13,699 bases of DNA from Myxococcota bacterium. Lineage in GTDB: Bacteria; Myxococcota_A; UBA796; GCA-2862545. The translations under genes and the position numbers were made by a program. The DNA lies in assembly GCA_039208735.1 (NCBI GenBank), contig JBCCQY010000202.1, forward strand, positions 1 to 13,699. The letters are read 5' to 3'. This document shows positions 1 to 7,297 of the stretch, one piece after another. The notes under the pieces were generated by a model. The model was given only the letters and a program-made list of their open reading frames with translations, was not told the origin of the DNA and made no database searches. Positions within the stretch are counted from its first letter, which is position 1. Every line of letters begins with the position of its first letter.

Positions 1-3000
1 CACGAGCCATAAATCCCAGTTTTTCGAGTTCGTGCGTGATTCGGTTTACCGTAGGTGCGGTGACGCGCCCGCCCCAAATGGCTGCAACCCCATGAAGCCC
101 GGCGGCGTGCAAGGCGAATCCGTGCATGGGTTCTAGTTTCTGGGCGATCAACGCTTCGGCGTGCGTCGCGAGTCCTGCCGCGTCGCGTTCGTGCATCGCC
201 AGCTCCGCAATGCGCAATTGCACGTAGGCCACGGCCCACGCGTCCTGCGACGTTCTTGCGTCCTGTAGCGCCTCGTCGAGCATCGCCTTGGCGTTCGGCC
301 GCCCCAGTCGCCGCCGCGCAATCCCCAGTTCCACCTTGGCCATGGCGCTCACCATGGGTTCGTCGAGCGATTCCTCGAGCGCGAGTTCCGCAAACGACAA
401 CGCCTTGCCGCCGTGACCGAGGTCGCCGAGCGCCCGCGCCAACAGCGTGAGCGACGTCACCCGTTCCGAGCCCGAACTGATGCGTGCGCTCTCTTGCTCG
501 ACGTTCCGCATGGCGCGCTGCACCGCGGCTTCGCACCGATCCGCCTCGATATCGAGCAGGACGAGGTGATTGTCGCAAGTCCGTAGGTGGCGTGAGGTGT
601 CGTTCGAATCGAACAGGGGGCGCACCTTCTCGACGAGCGTCCGGGCCTCGTGTAGCTCGCCGAGCCGTTCGTGCATGGCGGCCAAGTTGAGCCCATTGAC
701 CCCGACGTTGAGCAAATCCCCCATCTCGATCGACACATCGACCGCCGACTGCAGCCGGGCCTTGGCCTCCAACAGGTCTCCGGCAATCCCCGCGACGATG
801 GCGAGCCGCCCGAGCGTCGTGATGGCATGCCGACTTTGGCCCAATCGACGATGCATCGCGAGCGCGTCGGCAAAGTGTCGCTGGGCCTTGTCGAGGTTTC
901 CGCGCAGCCGCTCCACCACGCCGAGCTGATTGTGGGCCTCCGCGGTGAGGCCGGGCACGTTCTTTGTGACCTCGAGCGCTTGCTGAAGCCGCTGCTGCGC
1001 TTCATCGAGATGGCCTGTATGGGACGCGTGACGCCCGAGCTGAATGAGGGCCGAGGCCTGCAGGGCCACCGCTTTGGTTCGTCGGCCGAGGCGGTAGGCG
1101 AATCCTAGGACGCCTCTGGAATCTCCCTGGCGCAGCGTCGTTTGCGCCTCGCCGAGCGACAGGGCGATGTAGCCCTCAAGCAACCGGTTGCCGAGGGGGC
1201 GAGCCTCTTCCAGGGCATGCTCCAGCGCCTCGCAGGCCTCGGCCACGCGTTGGTCTTGGTGCAAAATGCGGCCCAACACGTGCAACGCATCGGCGCGTTC
1301 TCGGGGGCTTGTCGACCGCTTGACGGCCTGTTCGGCCCACACCATCGCGTCGGCGTCAGCCACCTGCAAGGCCACGGTCGCCGCCAGCGTGAGCAGCCCC
1401 GGATGGTCAGGGGCCACCGAAAGGGCGAGCCGTGCGAGATCGAGGCCGCGCTGGACCGGGCCGCGTGTCGAGAACAGGCGCACGGCACCGATGGCACATC
1501 GCGCGGCAACCGATGGATCGGCCAGGTTGACCGCGAACTGCAGGGCGGCTTCGAGGTTTGCCAGGTCTCGGTACGACCGGGGGTCAAGGTTGGCTTCTGG
1601 CGCCGATGCCACGACATCGGGATGCGCCCGGCGGGCAAACCACTGGGCGTGGCGCAAGGCCACTTGGTCGGGATGCGCCAAGTGGCCCGCGGCGAATTGC
1701 CGGACCGACTCGAGGAGCGAGAACCGAGGTTGGCCATCGGACCGCGTGCGTGCGGTGATGAACGAGCGATCGAGCAGCACCGTGAGAATGTCGAGCATCC
1801 CCGAGGTGCCTTCATGGGGGCCTACCACCACGCCATCGGCGTCCTCCACGCTAAATCCGCCGCGGAAGATCGACAGTTGGGCAAGGACGTGGCGCACGTC
1901 GGTGGGAAGCTCCTCCCACGATTCGCGCAACACCCCTTCGAGGGTGCGTACGCCATCGGTGAGTACCTCAAAGCGGTCGTGCAACCGGCGTAACAGCGCC
2001 TCAGGGTCGAGCGAGGGGGCTTGGGCGGCGGCGAGTTCGACGGCCAAAGGAATGCCGTCGAGGTGGCTGGCAATTTCAACCAGGATCAGCTCAGCACTGG
2101 GGCTGCGCCAAGCCGAGGTCCCGCCCGTTTGGGCGCGCAACAGTTCAACGGTGTCACGGCGCGAAAGAGGCGCCAGCGGAAAGCCTGCTTCCCCCTTGAT
2201 TCGAGGACGGTGCCGGGTGGTGACGATCCAGCGCAGGTGGGGGGCCTGGGTACGCCAGGCGTCCAAGATGTGCCGCGCGGCTTCAGGCGATCGATCGATG
2301 CCGTCAAGCACGATCAGCGCTTCGTCGCATTCCTGAAGCTGGCGGCCGACCTGGGTGACCACTTCGTCTTCGTGGCGCGCGTCCAGCGGCAGCCCCAAGG
2401 CGCCGGAGACCACCGAGCAGAGCGTCGCGATGTCGGTCGTCGCGGTGGCATCGCACCACACCACGCCCCCCGGGTAGCGTGCCGCTGCCTCTTGCCCAAA
2501 GGCCTGCACCAGCGAGGTCTTGCCGACGCCGCCGGGGCCGTACACCGTCACGACGGAATGGTCTTGCACCAACGCTTCGAGCCGTTTCAGATCGTTGTCC
2601 CGACCGATCAGGGGTCGGTCGTTGCGGAGCCCGGTCGATCGATGCGCTTGTGGAGGACGGCCGCCATCGGTGCGCTCGTCGGACCCGCGTTGAACCCACT
2701 CGGCGAGCTCCTCGCCTTCGACAGACAGCGACTGAAGCGCCCGATGCAGTTCGTCGCAGTTGGCAAAGCGGCCATTGGGATCGAGGTGGAGGCAGCGGGC
2801 CACGATGGGTCCGAGCCCGGGAATGACAGCATCGATCCTTCGTTGGAGGGCGCCTTCCGCGATCTCGTTCGCCATCCAGCGGTGACCCCGCCACACGTGC
2901 TCGATGCTTCGGCCATGGATCATCCGGTATCCAAGAGCCATCTCAGCCAGAATGACGCCAAGCGCAAACTGATCGGTGCGCGGGTCGAGTTGTGCGCCGG

Positions 3001-3562
3001 GTGTGACCTGCTCGGGCGCCATATAGCCGGGCGACCCGATGAGGTTCTGCGAGACGTAGCCCGCCAGTACAGCCAGTCCGAGGTCGGCGACCTTGACATG
3101 GGCCTTGGGGGTCACGAGCACGTTGCTCGGCTTGAGGTCGCGATGGACCACGGGCTGGGGCTGGCCATGCGCATGGGCCAGTGCGCCAGCGATGGAGCAC
3201 GCGAGCTGTTGCAGGGCAAGCCCAGGCATCGCGCCGTGGCGCTTTACCAGCTCGCGTAGGTTGCTCCCCGAAACCCACTCCATCGCGATGAGCCACCAGG
3301 GGCCTTCGCGGATCAGGTCATGGATGGCCACGAGGTTGGGGTGGTCGAGCAGGGCACCAATGCGGGCCTCTGCGGCCACGTCCATTTCCGTCGACGCCCG
3401 GACCAACTTCAGCGCGAGCCGTTTGCGGAACCCGGCGGGTCCGCGCAGCGTGGACCGGTACACCCAGCCGTTTCCGCCCTTGCCGACCAACTCCTCGAGG
3501 GTGTAGCGCCCGAGCGCGACCGGGAGGCGAGAAGGAGGCTCGGGAGGCGGAGAAGTGTCCAT
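1..3562 (-). CDS. Hanks-type Ser/Thr protein kinase fused to a STAND (NB-ARC/AfsR-like) ATPase and C-terminal TPR repeats; 3' end lies beyond the window (>=1187 aa)
   Basis: Manually translated from the ATG at 3562; the frame stays open to the window edge, which explains its absence from the ORF track. Kinase motifs: GKGGNGWVY, ALK, EARIGALLDHPN, HRDLKPSN (3122-3145), DLG (3077-3085), GSPGYMAPE. STAND motifs: LIGR, Walker A GPGGVGKT (2516-2539), Walker B LIVLDGID (2294-2317), WIVTTR, LDGIPLAVELAA, LSIFRGGF, RFSLLESVRQFA. TPR-like repeats follow, e.g. AEAHNQLGVVERLRGNLDKAQRHFADAL. Confidence 0.95.
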   Translation of the reverse strand, partial: MDTSPPPEPPSRLPVALGRYTLEELVGKGGNGWVYRSTLRGPAGFRKRLALKLVRASTEMDVAAEARIGALLDHPNLVAIHDLIREGPWWLIAMEWVSGSNLRELVKRHGAMPGLALQQLACSIAGALAHAHGQPQPVVHRDLKPSNVLVTPKAHVKVADLGLAVLAGYVSQNLIGSPGYMAPEQVTPGAQLDPRTDQFALGVILAEMALGYRMIHGRSIEHVWRGHRWMANEIAEGALQRRIDAVIPGLGPIVARCLHLDPNGRFANCDELHRALQSLSVEGEELAEWVQRGSDERTDGGRPPQAHRSTGLRNDRPLIGRDNDLKRLEALVQDHSVVTVYGPGGVGKTSLVQAFGQEAAARYPGGVVWCDATATTDIATLCSVVSGALGLPLDARHEDEVVTQVGRQLQECDEALIVLDGIDRSPEAARHILDAWRTQAPHLRWIVTTRHRPRIKGEAGFPLAPLSRRDTVELLRAQTGGTSAWRSPSAELILVEIASHLDGIPLAVELAAAQAPSLDPEALLRRLHDRFEVLTDGVRTLEGVLRESWEELPTDVRHVLAQLSIFRGGFSVEDADGVVVGPHEGTSGMLDILTVLLDRSFITARTRSDGQPRFSLLESVRQFAAGHLAHPDQVALRHAQWFARRAHPDVVASAPEANLDPRSYRDLANLEAALQFAVNLADPSVAARCAIGAVRLFSTRGPVQRGLDLARLALSVAPDHPGLLTLAATVALQVADADAMVWAEQAVKRSTSPRERADALHVLGRILHQDQRVAEACEALEHALEEARPLGNRLLEGYIALSLGEAQTTLRQGDSRGVLGFAYRLGRRTKAVALQASALIQLGRHASHTGHLDEAQQRLQQALEVTKNVPGLTAEAHNQLGVVERLRGNLDKAQRHFADALAMHRRLGQSRHAITTLGRLAIVAGIAGDLLEAKARLQSAVDVSIEMGDLLNVGVNGLNLAAMHERLGELHEARTLVEKVRPLFDSNDTSRHLRTCDNHLVLLDIEADRCEAAVQRAMRNVEQESARISSGSERVTSLTLLARALGDLGHGGKALSFAELALEESLDEPMVSAMAKVELGIARRRLGRPNAKAMLDEALQDARTSQDAWAVAYVQLRIAELAMHERDAAGLATHAEALIAQKLEPMHGFALHAAGLHGVAAIWGGRVTAPTVNRITHELEKLGFMAR

Positions 3563-3696
3563 CGCCGCAGACCCTAACCAGCAAGATTGGCATTGTGGTC
3601 ACTCGACGGCGACACCCGCTCGCATTGGGGCTTGCGATGCCGTCGCAGCACCTTCGATCCTACCTTTACGCGGACTCCCGAGCGACTCCTCTTGTC

Positions 3697-4482
3697 TCAA
3701 TCAGCCTTCGCCGGCTGGGGCAAGGCATCGGTGAGACCCAGCCCGAGCAGGACCTCTCGGCTGGCCGCGTCAGCCGGAAACGCCAGTTCGACCACTAGAT
3801 CATCGGCCGCCACCGAGCGGGGACTCGTAAACCGACACACCGTGGTCAGCACCCTTGCTGTGAGGTCGCCGAGTTGCAGCGACACGATGACCACAGGAGA
3901 AGGCCCGACGGCCATGTCCACGTCGTGGACCAAGGCTTCCAGCTTGGCCAGGTCTCGTTGCAGCATCGGGCTTGGCCGTTCCGCGAGATCGTGTCGGATT
4001 CGTGCGGCGGTGGCTTGGGCCAGTTCCTCCCAATTCGTGATGATGGAGCGAAAGAACGGGCTGATGAACAGATCTACGGTCGAGACTGGCGGCGTCTGGC
4101 CCTGTAAGAAGAGCGCGGCGGCGGGGCCGTTCGCCTCGATGAGCTGCCATTGGGCATCCATCACAAAGGCGGGCAGAGGCGCATGGTCAGCCAGAAGCTG
4201 GCGGACCACCGCAGCCACCTCGGAAAGCTCGGGGTCGTCGAGTCCACCTTCCGGATATACCGGATCGAAGCCGGCAGAACGGAGTAGGTCATTTTGCTCG
4301 CGCAAGGGCAGGCCCATCGCATCGCCCAGGCGCAGAATGACGCCTTCCCCCGGCCGCGAACGCCCCGTCTCGAGGAAACTTAGGTGTCGGGGAGCAACCC
4401 CTGAACGGTGGGCCAGTTCGAGTTGGCTCATCCGACGGGATTGTCGCCACGCTCGAAGCTGACGTCCGAACGGGGTTCTCAT
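3697..4482 (-). CDS. XRE-family HTH transcriptional regulator with MmyB-like (PAS-fold) ligand-binding domain, 261 aa
   Basis: N-terminus FGRQLRAWRQSRRMSQLELAHRSGVAPRHLSFLETGRSRP...LPLREQNDLLRSAGF, followed by HAPLPAFVMDAQWQLIEAN and C-terminal VELAFPAD. ATG at 4482 preferred over TTG at 4491. Confidence 0.93.
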   Translation of the reverse strand: MRTPFGRQLRAWRQSRRMSQLELAHRSGVAPRHLSFLETGRSRPGEGVILRLGDAMGLPLREQNDLLRSAGFDPVYPEGGLDDPELSEVAAVVRQLLADHAPLPAFVMDAQWQLIEANGPAAALFLQGQTPPVSTVDLFISPFFRSIITNWEELAQATAARIRHDLAERPSPMLQRDLAKLEALVHDVDMAVGPSPVVIVSLQLGDLTARVLTTVCRFTSPRSVAADDLVVELAFPADAASREVLLGLGLTDALPQPAKAD

Positions 4483-4498
4483 GTTCGCCAACCCACGC

Positions 4499-4513
4499 TT
4501 CCCTGACAGGGAA
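4499..4513. promoter_or_regulatory. Perfect inverted repeat TTCCCTG-A-CAGGGAA; candidate operator of the adjacent XRE/MmyB regulator
   Basis: 7-bp perfect arms with a 1-nt spacer, inside the 84-bp divergent intergenic region and 16 bp upstream of the regulator ATG. Confidence 0.6.
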
Positions 4514-4566
4514 TGGTGTTCGGGTCCCTGCCGCGCGACGAAGGGGGCATCCCCTGGAGGTCGACG

Positions 4567-4965
4567 ATGTCGAATGCCCTACGCATCTTGGTAGTTGTGG
4601 TGTTGGTGGTCACAGGGACTGCCTTTGCGGTGCTCGCCGCAAGTCCCGCATACGTGAGGATTGACCAAAGTCTTGGCTGGCTGTTCTGGCCGGAGCCAGC
4701 CGCGGTGGGCATGGGGCCGTGGGGCCGGCTTGCCTTCGTCATTGCGGGTGGGCTCATGGCGGGCTGGGGCGTCACCCTACTGCTGGCCGACCGATACACG
4801 CTTCCGCAGGCGCTCGTTGCGGGCATGTTGACGTGGTTCGTGGTCGATAGTCTGGGTTCGGTAGCCGTGGGCGCGGTGGGCAACCTGATCCCCAACACGC
4901 TGACGTTGGTGCCGTTCCTGGTCGTGGCCGGGCCCCACCTGCGTCGGGAGCCGTCCCCCGCGTAG
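4567..4965 (+). CDS. Small integral membrane protein (about 4 TM helices, 132 aa), function unknown
   Basis: GGAGG at 4556-4560 precedes ATG 4567. Four hydrophobic segments, with motifs GGLMAGWG and WFVVDSLGS...GN..PN. Divergent from the XRE regulator. Confidence 0.85.
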   Translation: MSNALRILVVVVLVVTGTAFAVLAASPAYVRIDQSLGWLFWPEPAAVGMGPWGRLAFVIAGGLMAGWGVTLLLADRYTLPQALVAGMLTWFVVDSLGSVAVGAVGNLIPNTLTLVPFLVVAGPHLRREPSPA

Positions 4966-4966
4966 G

Positions 4967-5788
4967 TCACGAAAGCGCTTCGCAGAAGTCGTTGAGTTCC
5001 CGCCGTTCGACCGCGAACAGGCCCAAATGGTCGGGATCTCCCCAGCCGTGCCAGTCCGAGCCGCCGGTGAGGAACAGGCCATGGTCGCGCGCCAGTCGAC
5101 GCAATCGCCGCCGGTCGGAGCCCGACACGGGGGGACGCCACGCTTCCAGCGCGTGCAAACCAGCTTTGGCGAAGGCGGGGACCGCCCGGAGCCCTTCCAT
5201 GGGCGGGTGCGCCCACGACGTGATTCCGCCGTGGTCGCGCGCCAGGCGAATCGCTTCGACGTACGGCATGGACATCTTGCGCACTTTGCCGTGGCGGTGG
5301 GACAAGTGGCGGGCGAACGCGTCGGCCACGCTGGTGGCATGCCCTTGTTCGACCATCGACCGGGCCAGGTGGTGCCGCGTCAGGGCTTGCTCACCTTGGC
5401 GGGCCGCAGCGGAAGGCGCGGGTAATCCCTCGATCGACAAGGTTGTGCGGGTCGCTTCGTAGCGGTCCACGCGCTCTTTGCATTGTTCAGCACAAAACGC
5501 TCTGAACCCTGCAGGCACTTCGCCTGCAAAGTAGACGAGCAGGTGGTATTCGTGCCCCTCGTGGGTCGCGCTGACCTCGGCTCCGGCCACCAGGTGCAGG
5601 GTGCGCCCTTCGACCTGCCGCGGCCCGGGGGCAAGGGCGGTGGGTAAATCGTGGTCGGTCAAGGCGATGACGTCGAGACCGCCCCGAGCGGCGCGCCGCA
5701 GGACTTCTTCGGGCTCGAAACGGCCGTCGGACCGGTTCGAGTGCATGTGAAGGTCGAAGCGGGCCGCCGGACCCAGACTACCGAGCAT
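4967..5788 (-). CDS. PHP-domain metal-dependent phosphoesterase (YciV/TrpH/RNase AM-like), 273 aa
   Basis: DLHMHSNRSDG, ALTDHD, GAEVS, EYHLLVY, AHP and TGGSDWHG metal-binding motifs. ATG 5788 has GGAG 8 nt upstream (alternative GTG 5797) and overlaps the stop of the upstream gene. Confidence 0.93.
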   Translation of the reverse strand: MLGSLGPAARFDLHMHSNRSDGRFEPEEVLRRAARGGLDVIALTDHDLPTALAPGPRQVEGRTLHLVAGAEVSATHEGHEYHLLVYFAGEVPAGFRAFCAEQCKERVDRYEATRTTLSIEGLPAPSAAARQGEQALTRHHLARSMVEQGHATSVADAFARHLSHRHGKVRKMSMPYVEAIRLARDHGGITSWAHPPMEGLRAVPAFAKAGLHALEAWRPPVSGSDRRRLRRLARDHGLFLTGGSDWHGWGDPDHLGLFAVERRELNDFCEALS

Positions 5789-7202
5789 CGGGCTCACTCC
5801 AGCGAACCGTCGCCTGGCGATCGAGGCGAGCAGCCAAGGTCGGCAGGGGAGCGGGGCTTGCTTGAGCTAGCGCGAGTGCGTCGGACAGGCCAAGCAACGG
5901 GCCCTCATGAATGGCGAGGAGCAATCCTGAATCCGAGGTCGAAAGTTCGTATCGGCCATCACCGGTGGCCCATGCGGCCTTGTCGGCGGGCGACGAGGCG
6001 GCCTTCAGCACATGCAGGCGACCGTTGCGCAGGGCGAACACGCTCACCCAGGCATCTTCAGGCACGTCGAAGGTCGCGATGGCTCCGGATTCCGATGTGG
6101 AGATCGACACGTCAGGGGCGGTGGGATCGAGCACCGGAGGCATCGCCAAGCGCCACGCGAGGGGCAGGAACGCAAGCCCAAACACCGCCGCCATGCCAAA
6201 GGCCACGTGCCGCAGCGACTCGGCTCGCGGGTTTCGAGGGGCCCCCGTCCAGTCTCCCCAAGCGACCTTCGTGAGGTCGGCCTCAAGGTCGTCCATCAAT
6301 GGGCCGGCCACCCCTCGCACCGAAAGTGCGCCGGTCCCCTGCCGCCTCAGCACCCGCATCTGTCGAGCCGCGATCCGACCGTCTTGGGTCACGGCGTTCA
6401 ACGCAGCCATTAGTCCGTCAGGATCGTGGGCCGAGGTGACGAGCGCGTCGTGGCCCAAGGGAGCGGCCATCGCGAGGTGCTGCAGGAGGACGGGGCGTTC
6501 CCGGACTGCGGGTTCGCGAAGCTGAATCACGGCCAGATCGACCTGCGGAGCCGGTAAGGTCGCGGGCGTATCGAAGGTCTCGGCGGGCAACACCTGACGA
6601 CTGATCAGGCGCAACGTGCGATCGCAGCGTGGGCACCCCGTGACGTGGGCGCGGTGGATCTTGACGCGAAGGGCGCTCACCGGAGGACAGGGTTCGGGCG
6701 CATACGCCGCCAGTCGTCGCAGCACTCGCTCGACGCGACCCAACGGGGCCTGTGGATCGCCGAGCATCGTCATCGCGGCAAGGCGCAGACGGTGCTGCGC
6801 CGCCTCGAGCGTGTCGAGGGTGATTCCGTGGGCCTTGACGAGATCCACGAGTCGACGATGATCCCCGTAGTGCCGTTGCAATACGAGCAGATCGGGATCA
6901 TCCTGCCGGATCGGCACATTTTCCGGGGTCACCGGAACGTCCCAATCGCCGGGCCACAAGGGCGCAGGTTTGCCGCGGATCCGCGCGACCCAAGCCTCGG
7001 TGAAGCCTTCGGCCTTGTCTTCGAGCAACGAGGGATCGTCGGTCGCCGACAGCCGAAGCACCGCGTCGAGCCGGGCTTCGTGGAACACATCGGGTCGGGG
7101 TTGAACGCCTAGACGCAGCAACGTCCACGCCACCCGGGTCGTGATGCCGGCCCAGTGTGCCAGGATGAGATCGGACGAAGCGGGCGCCAGTCGCAACGAC
7201 AT
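5778..7202 (-). CDS. Hypothetical single-pass membrane protein, 474 aa; putative degenerate ECF-sigma-like / zf-HC2 (ZAS) anti-sigma fusion
   Basis: Long ORF filling the space between the PHP gene and the divergent SCP2 gene. HVTGCPRC (HxxxCxxC) at 6624-6647, hydrophobic helix FGMAAVFGLAFLPLAW at about 6150-6200, sigma-region-4-like segment at about 6774-6893. Start is ATG 7202 or GTG 7220. The CDS is secure; the product call is inference. Confidence 0.8.
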   Translation of the reverse strand: MSLRLAPASSDLILAHWAGITTRVAWTLLRLGVQPRPDVFHEARLDAVLRLSATDDPSLLEDKAEGFTEAWVARIRGKPAPLWPGDWDVPVTPENVPIRQDDPDLLVLQRHYGDHRRLVDLVKAHGITLDTLEAAQHRLRLAAMTMLGDPQAPLGRVERVLRRLAAYAPEPCPPVSALRVKIHRAHVTGCPRCDRTLRLISRQVLPAETFDTPATLPAPQVDLAVIQLREPAVRERPVLLQHLAMAAPLGHDALVTSAHDPDGLMAALNAVTQDGRIAARQMRVLRRQGTGALSVRGVAGPLMDDLEADLTKVAWGDWTGAPRNPRAESLRHVAFGMAAVFGLAFLPLAWRLAMPPVLDPTAPDVSISTSESGAIATFDVPEDAWVSVFALRNGRLHVLKAASSPADKAAWATGDGRYELSTSDSGLLLAIHEGPLLGLSDALALAQASPAPLPTLAARLDRQATVRWSEPDAR

Positions 7203-7297
7203 GTCAGCGCTATACCTCACCCTGCACCAAGCCTCGGCACCCGGTTGCCGTCGAGGCAGCGCAACGCTAGCCCATACGGCATCCTATGGAGGAAACC

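Noticed and set aside
1617..1679. 12-bp direct repeat TCGGGATGCGCC at 1617-1628 and 1668-1679
   Set aside because: Only two copies, in frame within a CDS (AHPD twice); not a CRISPR array or target-site duplication.
671..3577. Long plus-strand ORFs 671..1108, 1142..1993, 2021..3259, 3320..3577 (and 1188..2336)
   Set aside because: The first four are codon-register antisense shadows of the kinase-STAND-TPR gene, and 1188..2336 is another antisense frame. None has recognisable motifs, which is expected in high-GC DNA.
457..3602. Minus-strand ORF-track fragments (457..1005, 1105..1815, 2304..2894, 2943..3296 etc.) suggesting a broken gene or pseudogene
   Set aside because: They are alternative frames. 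The real frame is continuous from 3562 to the window edge with no frameshift on manual translation.
3587..4462. 291-aa plus-strand ORF
   Set aside because: Antisense to the well-supported XRE regulator; Ser/Arg-rich shadow translation.
4513..4566. N-terminal extension of the membrane protein from ATG 4513
   Set aside because: It overlaps the palindrome and lacks an SD, whereas ATG 4567 has GGAGG at ideal spacing.
7231..7257. Imperfect hairpin GCCTC-GGCA...TGCC-gtc-GAGGC in the divergent spacer, and a search for an ECF-type autoregulatory promoter there
   Set aside because: Bulged short stems are expected at this GC content, and no convincing AAC-N16/17-CGT-type ECF promoter was found on either strand.
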